This document shows, one piece after another, positions 10,301-19,200 of a DNA stretch of 64,000 bases. How positions within the stretch are numbered: the stretch's first letter is position 1; each line of letters starts with the position of its first letter. This DNA comes from Gammaproteobacteria bacterium (GTDB taxonomy: Bacteria; Pseudomonadota; Gammaproteobacteria; Steroidobacterales; Steroidobacteraceae). A program made the position numbers and the translations under genes. The notes beneath the pieces were generated by a model. The model did not search any database and was not told the origin of the DNA. It saw nothing but the letters and a program-made list of their open reading frames with translations. The stretch is taken from positions 6,783-70,782 of the forward strand of contig JADZCS010000246.1 of assembly GCA_020851435.1 (NCBI GenBank), read 5' to 3'.

Positions 10301-12246
10301 TCGAGGGACGCGGCGTTCGTGATGCTGCCCTCGGCGGCGCCCGCAACAAGCTGATCGCCAAGCTGACCTCCGAAGCGGCGCGGCTCGACGCCAGCGGCGC
10401 GACCACGGAGGCGGCCGCCTTCGCCGAGTCCGCGCGGGCACTGTTCCCCGATTCGGCCGTGTTGCAGAAGTCCGCCGCGAGCCTCAAGCAGAAGGCTTCG
10501 TCGGCCCAGGCAGCCGCCTCGCGCAACCAGCAACTCGCTGCGGCGCGCGCTGACCTCGATAAGTCGCTGGCTGCCGCGCGTTTCGACGACGCCTGGGACA
10601 AGCAGCTGCAGCTGGGCGTCGCCCGGCTCAAGGCGCTGGTTCCCGCGGGTGACCCGCAGGTGCTGGCGGCGAGCGAGAAGGTCGCGCGCGTCTACCTCGC
10701 GCGTGCAGGGGCGTTGCGGCAGGCCGAGAAGTTCGTCGAGGCCGAGAAGATGATCGAGAAGGCCCGGGGCTACTCGCCCGCGATGCCGGGCCTGGATGCC
10801 GAGGCGAAGCAGATTGCCACGCAGAAGCAGGCGTTCGCGGCCAAGGCAGAAGCGGAACGTTCGGCCGGCGCGGTCGCGCTGCTCAAGCAGCGCGTGCTCG
10901 ACAAGGCCCGTGGCAACGAGGTGGTCGAGGCTCGCAAGCTGCTGGCCGAGTTCACCGCCAAGTACGGCAATGACCCGAAGTATTCGGGCTTCATCACATC
11001 CGAGGGTCCGCTGGCCATCGGCCAGGCGCTCGAGCGCTCGGCCGCGCGCTTTGCCGCGGCGGGCGACTTCAGGCAGGCGATCACCTACGCACAGCAGGCA
11101 TCCGAGGCCGCGCCGAAGGGCGACAAGAACACTGCCGAGGCGGTCCGCCTGTTCGGCCAGTTGTCGTCGTTCTCCCAGACGCTGGACCAGGGCATTCGCT
11201 GGCAACCGGACCGGGTGCGGCCATTGCTGGCTTCGCTCGAGAGCCGTTACCCGGCCGCGTTCGGGGGCATCCGCACGAAGCTGCAGGAGCGCGCTCAGGC
11301 CGGTATTTCCCGTCGTCCGGCCGCCGAGCAGGAGGCCTTGCGCCGGCTCGTACAGGAAACCTTCAATCCGGAGGCCGCACGGGAGACTGCGCGGCCAGCG
11401 CCGGTGAAGCCCGCGACCCCGGCGCCAAGCGCTCCCGTGGTGGCGCCGCCGCCAACCGGGCCGGCCACTGGCGCGGGGCCATCCGTGCCGTCGCAGACCG
11501 TCCCGGCTCCTGGAACGCCGGCCGGCGGGGCGCCGCCGGCGGCGGGACCGGGTGTCGTCGCTGGCGGCGCACCTGCAACCGGCGTTGCGCCGTCGCCGAC
11601 CACGGGCGGCACTGGTGGCACCACGCGCACGGGCGGCTGCCAGGTCGAGCGCGCGGGTGCCGGCACTCGCAGCCTGTGCTCGGATGCCTGGACCGGCGGC
11701 AAGGGCCCGTCGCTCATGGTCATTCCGGCCGGCGGCGGATCTGGCAGGCCTTTCGCCATGACGCGTTACGAGGTCAGGATCGACGATGTGCGCGCGTTCT
11801 GCGCCGAAGCGGGCGGGTGTCCGGCACTGGGCGCGGACGGCAAGCTGCCGGTCAGCACTTTCGGCGTCAAGGATGCGGAGCGCTTCGCGGAGTGGCTGCG
11901 CGGCAAGACGGGCGAGAGCTATCGCCTCCCCACCGATGCGGAGTGGACGCACGCGGCCAAGGCCACCGGCGACGGCACCGACGACGATGCCTGGTGCATC
12001 GTCCGCGTCGGCGGCGTCACCAAGGGCGAGGTGGTCGCGAGCGCGCAGAACGGCAAGCCGAACGCCTGGGGTCTCAGCAATATGATGGGCAACGTCCAGG
12101 AATGGGCGCGCTCCGGAGGCAGTTGGGTCGCGAAGGGCGGGTCGTTCAACGATCGCCTGGCCGACTGCCGAGCCGACACGACCAAGCCGCACAGCGGCCA
12201 GGCCGACGGCGCCACAGGGTTCCGGTTGGTCCGCGAAATTCGTTGA
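7339..12246 (+). CDS. Membrane Ser/Thr protein kinase (PpkA-like) with a long helical periplasmic region and a C-terminal FGE-sulfatase (TagR-like) domain
   Basis: Hanks kinase motifs: LGRGGMGTVFKA, VAIKVL, HSDFKPSN, DFGIA (about nt 8030-8840). One TM (VIGISAGAAVLIAAVAAPQLW, about nt 8860-8930). About 800 aa of Ala/Gln/Lys-rich helical sequence, then a Pro/Gly linker. The C-terminus (about nt 11700-12243) has FGE-sulfatase hallmarks (RPFAMTRYEVR..., YRLPTDAEWTHAAK, GNVQEWA, KGGSF, GFRLVREI). The N-terminal tail carries two DNDRTAFRGAPS repeats. Confidence 0.88.
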   Translation: MSAPTPVDFRSALETYIAGHLSISQLEAALVNALRAEPHMEAAHHGLVAAYGRVGRLPADAVEHLSGVFAAQAWKAAPAGSTPPPPPQAPADNDRTAFRGAPSTPRVPPPPAPPAPPAAPQPPAVDNDRTAFRGAPSMPRTPTTPAAPTGPNMAGYTGSAQPPYAQTGSVTGGFTSGQTTGGNMTGSVTGSVTGATGATGTGGTSSWADIQRTGGGSPMGGAPLVVGSVLKERFVLESILGRGGMGTVFKARDLRKEEAMDRNPHVAIKVLNEDFKQHPEALKALQRESRKSQELAHPNILSVFDFDRDGANVYVVMELLDGESLEKVIKRHENVGLEHKEAFRIIRDLGRGLSYAHQRNIIHSDFKPSNCFTTKAGAIKVFDFGIARAAKHTGPTTDTQQTVFDAGSLGALTFAYATPEMFDGKDPDQRDDLYALGIVAYELLTGRHPYNRKSAPEARDLKMKPKPVPGLTRRQTRALERALAFTRDERQKDVDTFVDELMPKALNKTVIGISAGAAVLIAAVAAPQLWSMWNDRRINAVAQDIKRGDPAIIDARMKEFDSYSPEEQQKLLASKEVSDALSKYFEERIVALIDTTKPDFDFTAAAALATMALKVNPDSARYNELKARVEEGRNQAINAFNAAIDDQLQKGVLVSADGRGGVAGALEKLRRVNPEHPRLKDAQIVDAFAAKASAALERGDVGATNALIDAGLKYATAGSAARTALDNLRDQLKSRQSELETASQVAKIEEQLRPLLTDSATLESFAQERDRILTLRSAKPDSPILPQGQQRLASLVQKRVADLGAARSFADAQQVLDQFADLLPRDFVAAQRSQVEQAQAAYTERVGSTLNALAKAVQAGNLEGAGPGTAASLLVALEKAGGTPAQVASSRDLIAQGYVAKSQQARNRRAFDEARKMVDAGAALKPSAKVLDLLQDERGQITATERGMVQQERTAEIQQLRGGLDKVLAASQITISDAEAALQAIVKLEGRGVRDAALGGARNKLIAKLTSEAARLDASGATTEAAAFAESARALFPDSAVLQKSAASLKQKASSAQAAASRNQQLAAARADLDKSLAAARFDDAWDKQLQLGVARLKALVPAGDPQVLAASEKVARVYLARAGALRQAEKFVEAEKMIEKARGYSPAMPGLDAEAKQIATQKQAFAAKAEAERSAGAVALLKQRVLDKARGNEVVEARKLLAEFTAKYGNDPKYSGFITSEGPLAIGQALERSAARFAAAGDFRQAITYAQQASEAAPKGDKNTAEAVRLFGQLSSFSQTLDQGIRWQPDRVRPLLASLESRYPAAFGGIRTKLQERAQAGISRRPAAEQEALRRLVQETFNPEAARETARPAPVKPATPAPSAPVVAPPPTGPATGAGPSVPSQTVPAPGTPAGGAPPAAGPGVVAGGAPATGVAPSPTTGGTGGTTRTGGCQVERAGAGTRSLCSDAWTGGKGPSLMVIPAGGGSGRPFAMTRYEVRIDDVRAFCAEAGGCPALGADGKLPVSTFGVKDAERFAEWLRGKTGESYRLPTDAEWTHAAKATGDGTDDDAWCIVRVGGVTKGEVVASAQNGKPNAWGLSNMMGNVQEWARSGGSWVAKGGSFNDRLADCRADTTKPHSGQADGATGFRLVREIR

Positions 12247-12259
12247 GGAGCGGGGCACG

Positions 12260-14161
12260 ATGATCGAAGCCGAAGCGAACGAGTTGCGGGGCCTGTGTCA
12301 GGACCACTATCACGGCCTGCTGCCGCGAGAGGTCTATCGCGCGCGCCGCGCAAAACTCATCGACGGGCTGATCGGCATGCGGCCCCCCAACGAGGACACC
12401 ACGCGCCCGCAGCACGCGGCGAAGCCGCCCCAGGCGTCGGCGCCTGCAGTTGGGCCCAGCACGCACCCAGGCACTCCCGTGCCGCCCGCCGCCCCGGCCA
12501 CGCCACGTCCTGCGGAGGCCGTGCCTGCGCCGGCGCCCGTGGCCGCTCCTCCTGCGGCGTCTGACGCCCGCACGACCTTCGGCGCGCGCCGCTCGCCGCC
12601 TGCCGCGCCGGCTCCGGTCGAGGCAGCGCCGGCCACGGCCGTTCCCAAGGCTTCACCAGCCGCAGCAGCGGCGCCCGTCTCGGCGGGCAAGGGTGGCAAG
12701 ACCCCGCTCGTGATGGGATTGGCTGCCGTTGCTGTGCTTGGCATCGCCGCGGCGGTGCTGATGATGCGCGGCGGAACGCCGGATGGCGGCGAAGCGCAGT
12801 CGACTGAGGCGGCCGCTCTCGCGGGAGGCGAGGCGCCGCAGGGCGAAGACGAGCCGCGTCGGCTGGCACGCGAGTTCCTGACAGCCAACGACTGGAGCGA
12901 TCCGGCGGTCCGCAAGCTTGCGGGAGACTGGAACACGCTCGACGAAGCTGCGCGCCGCAGCGCGTCGCTCGCGCCCTGGTTCGCCACCCTGCAGGCGAGT
13001 GTCCAGGAAGCGATCATCGGCCGGCAGCGCACCCAGCTGAAGTTCGGCGAGGACCCGGTCGATCCGCAGGATCCGATCTATGTCCTTGCGTCGGCCCTGG
13101 CAATCGATATCGCACCGTTGACCGAAGCAGCGCGCGGGCCCGCGGTGGCCGGGACGGCGCGTGCACAGGAAGCGGTTGCCTCGCCGACCGCCGCTGCACC
13201 CGTGGCGGCTGCCAGCCCCGTGCCTGCTGCGCCGAAGCCTGCCACGCCGGCGGCGGAAGCCGCTTCCGCCGGACGCTCAACCCCGGCGAGCCCGCCGGCC
13301 AAGCCGCAGGTTGCAGGCCCCACCGCGGCGAAGGCCGGTACCGCGTCGCAGCCCCCGGCAGCCGCCGCTGCGTCGGCGGCGACGACCGTGGCCGCTGCCG
13401 CAGCCGCTGCGTCAGCGAGGCCCTGCACGCGCGAACGTCTGCAGACGCGCGATCGTTCCTGCTTCGACCTCATGGCGAGCGGCGAGCAGGGGCCGGCGAT
13501 GATGCTGTTGCCGGGCGGCAGCTTCAGCATGGGTTCAGAGGCACCTGACGAGGCGCCAGTACACGACGTGCGTGTCGGGGACCCGTTCGCCCTGTCGGTG
13601 TTCGAGGTCTCGGTCGGCGAGATGAAGCTGTTCTGCGCGCGCAGCGGCAAGCCCTGCCCGGCGATGTCCGGCGGCGACGACCTGCCGGCCACCAACGTGT
13701 CCTGGTCGCTCGCGCGCGATTACGCGGCCTGGCTGTCGAGCGTGACCGGCCATCGCTATCGCCTGCCCAGCGAGGCCGAGTGGGAGTACGCGGCGCGCGC
13801 AGGCACGCGAACGGCCTATCCCACCGACGAGGGCGACAAGATCACGGTGCCCGACGCGATTTTCAGCGATCGACAGAAATTGTCGGCGCCGGTCGCAGGC
13901 AAGGCGGGCAACGCAAATCGCTACAAGTTGCGCCACATGCTCGGAAACGTGAGAGAGTGGGTCGCTGACGCTTGGAATGAGTCTCATGCCGCTGCACCCA
14001 CGGATGGGAGCGCGCGTGAGCGGGGGACGGGGACGGCGAAGGTCGTCAAGGGTGGGTCGTTCGCTGACGGCATGGACAAGGTTCGTCCGGCCGCGCGCGA
14101 GCGCCTCGAGGCGTCATCCGGCGATCGGTTCACGGGCTTCCGTGTACTGCGCGAGATTTAG
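12260..14161 (+). CDS. Membrane-anchored FGE-sulfatase-domain protein (TagR-like paralogue)
   Basis: SD GGAG lies 8 nt upstream. Short cytoplasmic N-terminus plus a Pro/Ala-rich tail (contains SDARTTFGARRS). One TM (PLVMGLAAVAVLGIAAAVLMM). The C-terminal domain (about nt 13500-14158) has FSMGS..., VSWSLARDYAAWLS, YRLPSEAEWEYAARAG, GNVREWV, VKGGSF and GFRVLREI, matching FGE-sulfatase/SUMF1-type folds. Confidence 0.85.
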   Translation: MIEAEANELRGLCQDHYHGLLPREVYRARRAKLIDGLIGMRPPNEDTTRPQHAAKPPQASAPAVGPSTHPGTPVPPAAPATPRPAEAVPAPAPVAAPPAASDARTTFGARRSPPAAPAPVEAAPATAVPKASPAAAAAPVSAGKGGKTPLVMGLAAVAVLGIAAAVLMMRGGTPDGGEAQSTEAAALAGGEAPQGEDEPRRLAREFLTANDWSDPAVRKLAGDWNTLDEAARRSASLAPWFATLQASVQEAIIGRQRTQLKFGEDPVDPQDPIYVLASALAIDIAPLTEAARGPAVAGTARAQEAVASPTAAAPVAAASPVPAAPKPATPAAEAASAGRSTPASPPAKPQVAGPTAAKAGTASQPPAAAAASAATTVAAAAAAASARPCTRERLQTRDRSCFDLMASGEQGPAMMLLPGGSFSMGSEAPDEAPVHDVRVGDPFALSVFEVSVGEMKLFCARSGKPCPAMSGGDDLPATNVSWSLARDYAAWLSSVTGHRYRLPSEAEWEYAARAGTRTAYPTDEGDKITVPDAIFSDRQKLSAPVAGKAGNANRYKLRHMLGNVREWVADAWNESHAAAPTDGSARERGTGTAKVVKGGSFADGMDKVRPAARERLEASSGDRFTGFRVLREI

Positions 14162-14290
14162 GGTCGAGCTGGGGTTTCAGATTTGCTGTTTTTCTTTGGC
14201 GAAACACAACCGACATCACGCTCTGGCAACTTGCTTTTTGTCGCAGGTTCAGTGGGATGCGTTGTGCGTCGCCAAAATAGGGGACTGGTC

Positions 14291-14319
14291 TTGCTAGGTA
14301 TTGAGGTGAAGACTAGTCT
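14291..14319 (+). promoter_or_regulatory. Candidate sigma70-type promoter in the only large + strand gap of the cluster
   Basis: TTGCTA (14291-14296), a 17-nt spacer, then TAGTCT (14314-14319). The -10 lies within the perfect palindrome AGACTAGTCT (14310-14319), which is flanked by direct TAGGTAT repeats (14295-14301 and 14324-14330). The match is weak and rests on position only. Confidence 0.25.
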
Positions 14320-14420
14320 CGTTTAGGTATCAACGAATGGAACGTCGCCCTCGTGGGGTTGCCGCGCCCGTTTCGGGCCAGGGCAAGGGTGTCGACGTTG
14401 CGTCATGGAGGGGAATTCGA

Positions 14421-16205
14421 GTGCACTCCCAGAATATCCGCCCGATCGGGCGCGCATTGCTGTCCGCCGCGATTGCCACGCTGTGCTGCGTGCCGGTCCA
14501 GTCCGCCTGGACGCAAGCCCAGGTCCAGGTTCCGCCCGGGGCTACCCCCGGCGCAAACGTGCCGCGTGATACCGAGCGCATGACTGCGCCGCCGGAGGCC
14601 GCGCCGGACATCTTTTCCGTGCCGCGCAAGCTCGACCGGCCGGTAGGCGCGGACGAGGGGCCGCGCGTACGTGTGCAGCGCTTCGAACTGTCGGGCGCCG
14701 TGGATCGCGCCGATGCCGGGATCAAGGTCGCCGACATCACGGCCCTGCTGGAAAAGCAGCGCGCCGCGCAGCCCGCCGAAGGCTTCACCATCGTGCAGCT
14801 CGAAGGTGTCGCCGAGGAGGTCACCAAGTACTACCGCAGCCACGGCCTGCTTCTGGCCCAGGCATTCGTGCCCGTCCAGGAAGTCTCGGGTGGAGTGGTC
14901 AAGGTGGGCGTGCTCGAGGGCAAGCTCGGCGACGTGACGGTCGAGGGCAACAAGCGCTACAGCACGCGCTCGATCCAGGATGCCTTCGCGCAGATCGTCG
15001 GTGAGCCGGTCAACCAGCTCAGCGCCGAGAAGGCGCTGTTCACGCTCAACGACTATCCGGGCCTGGACGTCTACGGCGTGTTCCAGCCGGGCAAGCAGAT
15101 AGGTTCCACGACGCTCGCCATCCAGGTGCGGCGCGAGGACCCGATGGAGTATTACGCCGCGGCCGACAACTTCGGCCCCGACTCGACCGGCCAGTACCGC
15201 GTTCGTGCAGGCCTGCTGGCCAATTCGCCATTCGGTTTCGGCGACCAGCTCAACGCCTACGCGATCTACAGCCTCGACCCGTCGGACAGCAACGCCGACA
15301 GCCTCTTTGGTGGCATCGAGTACAACTTCCCGATGCCGCGCACCTACGCGCGCTACGCACTGCGCTATTCGACCAGCGACTACAACGTCGGCGGCGAGTT
15401 CAGCGACTTCTCCGGCAAGAGCTACATCGGCGAGGTCGAGGGTAACTTCCTGCTGAAGCGCACGCGCACCAATACCAGCCGCCTGTACATCACTGGATCG
15501 AAGAAGAAGGGCGAGGTTTCGGCCAGCCTCGGATCGACGCAGGAAGACAAAGTCCAGTCGCTGACCGCTCGCTTCGAGAGTTCGATCATCGACACGCGTT
15601 TCCGGGGCGTCAACCGCATCGACTTCGGCTACACGACGGGCGAGGTCACCAACGCAGATCCAGCCGTCAACACACGCTTCAACCTGAGCCCCGGCTTCAC
15701 GCGCTGGAACCTGTCGCTCGAGCGCTGGCAGCGGCTCGGTGAGGCTGCAGCCCTGGTCATCAATGCCCGAGGCCAGGCCAGCGGCGACCGGCTGACGTCA
15801 TTCGACCAGGTCGCGATCGGCGGGCCCGAGAACGTTCGCGGCTACCGGCCGGCGACGTTCTTTGCCGACGAAGCGGCCACTGCATCGGCCGAGTTCATCC
15901 TCGAAGCGCCCGGGTTCCACGACCGCAAGGCCTGGAAGGACTACACCTGGGGCCAGGTACTGAAGTTCCACGTATTCGCCGACTACGCATACGCGAAGGT
16001 CAACGGCGTGCCGAGCGGCAGCGCAACGCTGACGCGCGACGAGGACTTCTCCAGCTTCGGCGGCGGAGTCTCTTTCGAACTGCCAGGAACGGCAAGCGCG
16101 CGCCTCGACGTGGCGCGCCCCTTCAACACGGATGATGAAATCCTCGACGGCGTGGCCGTGAAGAGCGAGACGCAGTTCTTCTTCACGGTTGGATACAGTT
16201 TCTGA
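14421..16205 (+). CDS. Two-partner-secretion outer-membrane transporter (FhaC/ShlB/HecB, Omp85 superfamily, POTRA + beta-barrel)
   Basis: GTG at 14421 is preceded by GGAGGGG and gives a signal peptide (HSQNIRPIGRALLSAAIATLCCVPVQSAWTQAQ). POTRA-like region (VRVQRFELSGA...). Omp85 motif GPENVRGYRP. C-terminal beta-barrel ending ...FFFTVGYSF. The ORF-track start 14337 is an upstream alternative. Confidence 0.85.
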   Translation: MHSQNIRPIGRALLSAAIATLCCVPVQSAWTQAQVQVPPGATPGANVPRDTERMTAPPEAAPDIFSVPRKLDRPVGADEGPRVRVQRFELSGAVDRADAGIKVADITALLEKQRAAQPAEGFTIVQLEGVAEEVTKYYRSHGLLLAQAFVPVQEVSGGVVKVGVLEGKLGDVTVEGNKRYSTRSIQDAFAQIVGEPVNQLSAEKALFTLNDYPGLDVYGVFQPGKQIGSTTLAIQVRREDPMEYYAAADNFGPDSTGQYRVRAGLLANSPFGFGDQLNAYAIYSLDPSDSNADSLFGGIEYNFPMPRTYARYALRYSTSDYNVGGEFSDFSGKSYIGEVEGNFLLKRTRTNTSRLYITGSKKKGEVSASLGSTQEDKVQSLTARFESSIIDTRFRGVNRIDFGYTTGEVTNADPAVNTRFNLSPGFTRWNLSLERWQRLGEAAALVINARGQASGDRLTSFDQVAIGGPENVRGYRPATFFADEAATASAEFILEAPGFHDRKAWKDYTWGQVLKFHVFADYAYAKVNGVPSGSATLTRDEDFSSFGGGVSFELPGTASARLDVARPFNTDDEILDGVAVKSETQFFFTVGYSF

Positions 16206-16237
16206 ACGCCGCGACGAACAGAATTCAGGAGACGAGC

Positions 16238-19200
16238 ATGGCACGGAATGAGACGCTTGCTTTCCACGTGACACGGATGCTGCGCGACGCTTCGCTGCAG
16301 GCCGGCGTGGTTACCGCCGCAACCCTTCTGGCCGTCGCGCCGGCGATCGCCGGTCCGCAGGGCGGCCGAGTGAGGACCGGATCCGGCAGCATCGCAACGC
16401 CGACGGCGACAAGCACGGTCGTGACCCAGGGCAGCCGCTTCCTGGCGGTCGACTGGACCAGCTTCAACGTTGCGGCTGGCGAGAGCGTCCAGTTCGTGCA
16501 GCCGACGAGTTCGTCTGTCGCGCTGAACCGGATCTGGGACCAGAACCCGACCCAGATCTTCGGCCAGGTCATGGCGAACGGTCGCCTGATCATGGTCAAC
16601 CCGAACGGCATCTACTTCGGGCGTTCCGCGACCCTGAACGTGGGCTCGCTGCTGGCGACCACGATGAACGTCAGCGACATCGATGCGCAGAATGATCGGC
16701 TTACGCTGGACGGCGCCGGCACGCGCGGCATCGTCAGCAACGCCGGCCTGATCGAGGCCGCACCGGGCGGCTCGGTCGCCCTGATCGGCGGCGCGGTGGA
16801 GAACACCGGCCGCATCGTCGCCAACATGGGCGCCGTGACGCTCGCCGCCGGCACCTCGGCGACAGTCGACTTCGCCGGCGACGGCCTCATGCAGTTCGCC
16901 GTGTCGGGCGACGTTGCTGAGCAGCTCAATGGCCAGCGCGCAGCGGTGTCCAACAGCGGCGAGATCGTCGCCGATGGCGGCACGATCCTCATGACCGCTC
17001 GCGACGCGAACCGTGTGTTCGACGCGGCGATCAACAATTCGGGCGTGCTGCGTGCCGGCCGCATCGAGAACCGCGGCGGTTCGATCGTGTTGTCCGCCCC
17101 CGATGGCGACGTGATCCACAGCGGTGTCGCCAGCGCGACTGGCGATGCGAACTCGTCCAGCGGCGGCAGCGTCAGCATTTCCGGCGACCGCGTCGGCCTG
17201 TTCGGCGAAGCCGTGGTCGACGCGTCTGGCGTCAACGGCGGCGGCAGCGTGCGCATCGGCGGCGGCTTCCAGGGCCGTGATGCGTCCATCGAAAACTCAT
17301 CCCTGACGCTCGTGTCCTCGGGCGCGAGCATCGGCGCCAGCGCCACCGGCGCGGGCGACGGCGGCAACGTCGTGATCTGGTCCGACGGCACGACGCGTTA
17401 CTTCGGTGACATCAAGGCCGAGGGCGGCGCGACGGGCGGCAACGGCGGCTTCGTCGAAGTGTCCGGCCTCCAGGTGCTCGATTTCCAGGGCACTGTGTCG
17501 ACGCTGGCTGCCCAGGGCATTCGCGGCACTTTGTTGCTCGATCCGGATAACCTGAACATCGTCGCGTCCCACGCGGCCGACAACGATACTTATGACTCGA
17601 CGACGGAGGCTTTCGGCACCCCGGGAGCGGGCACTGCGATCCTCGAGTCCGGCGATTTCGCCAGTGGTGGCGGCAACGAAGGCACGTCTTTTCTGCTGGT
17701 GTCGGTGCTGGAGAGCCAGCTCGCGACCAACAACGTGCGCCTCGAAGCGCAGGACGACATCACGGTGTCGTCCGCGGTCACGTCGAGCGCCGACGATCGC
17801 AGCCTGACGCTGTGGGCCGGCAACAACATCGATTTCCAGGCCGGCGTGTCGCTGACCGGGGCGAATTCCAGCCTGGTGGCGCGCGCGGGCGTGGATAATT
17901 TCACGACCGGCGCGGTCGACCCGGATGGCGGCCAGACCAACACGATCAACGTGGCGGACGGCGTGACGCTGCAGGCCAGCACCATCACCTTCGAAGCCGA
18001 GGACTCGATCCTGGCAGCGGGCACCACGGGTGTCCTGAAGGCGACCACGGTCAACCTCAACGCCAACAACGGCACCCTGACGGCCAACACCACAGCCACC
18101 ACGCTCAACGCTACCGCGACGGGCAACATCATCCTGCGCGAAGCCGATGGCGTTGCGCTCGGCACGGTGTCCGGTGCCGATGTCACGGTCACGACCACTG
18201 CTGGCTCGATCACGGGCAGCACTGCCGTCACGGCAACCGGCAACCTGTCGGTCACCGCGGGCGGCGCGACCAACGACATCACGCTGAACAACCTGAACGT
18301 GACCGGAACGTCGAAATTCGTCGCGGCGGACGTCATCGACGTCTCCGGCGACTTCGGCGGAGCCGTGGCCGCGTCTGGCGCCGGCAACGTCACGATCGCT
18401 GACAGCACGGCACTCGTGCTGGGCACCGTGTCTGGTGCCGTAGTGTCGGTGACGGCAGCGACCGACATCGACAATGGTGCGATCACGTCGACCGGCAGCA
18501 CGACGCTCAAGGCGACCGCGGGTGACATCAGCAGCACCGACATCAAGGCACCGTCTGCGAGCCTGACGGCTGGCGGGGCGATCACCACGGTAACCACTGC
18601 GGTCGGCACGCTTGCCGCGACGGCCGTGGGCAACATTTCGATTGCTGAAGCCGATGCCTTGACGCTGGGCGTCGTGTCCGGCGACGGTGTGTCGATCAGC
18701 ACGACGACCGGCAGCATCGACGTCGGGGCCGGCGGCTCCGTGACCGCGGCTGGCAACCTGGCCCTGACGGCCGGTGGTGCGACCAGCGACCTCACTGGCA
18801 CCGGATTCGATGTCACAGGTACCAGTTCGCTCAATGCGGGCGACGCCGTTACGGTGTCGGGCAAGTTCGTGGACGTGGTGTCCGGCACCACCGGCGGGGC
18901 GTTCTCCATCACCAGCGCCGATACGCTCACGGTCGGCGCCATCTCGGGCGCCAGCATCAAGGTCGCCAGCACGGCTGGCGATATCCTCGACGACGGCGCG
19001 GCAACCCGCCTGACGGCGGCCACGAGCGTAGTCCTCGAGGCTGCCGGCGATATCGGCCTGACCACTGCCGGTGACGAAATCGACACCGCGGCTGCTTCGA
19101 TCAGCGCGACCGCCACCGACGGCAATATCTTCATCGACGAGAGCGACGCCGTTACCCTGACCAGCCTGTCGGCCACTGGGCCGGCGCTGACCAGCGGCGA

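Noticed and set aside
7117-12258. Two long minus-strand ORFs (7117..9366 and 9565..12258) opposite the kinase gene
   Set aside because: Same shadow-ORF signature (R/G/A/P-rich, no motifs, no SD or start context). The + strand frame carries clear kinase and FGE-sulfatase motifs.
14162-14420. Sigma54 (-24/-12) promoter upstream of the TPS/T6SS unit, and likewise in 27000-27301
   Set aside because: TGGCAA at about 14224 is followed by TTGC after only 2 nt (TGGCAACTTGC), which is the wrong spacing for GG-N10-GC. The other TGG sites lack a -12 GC or TTGC. No convincing match was found.
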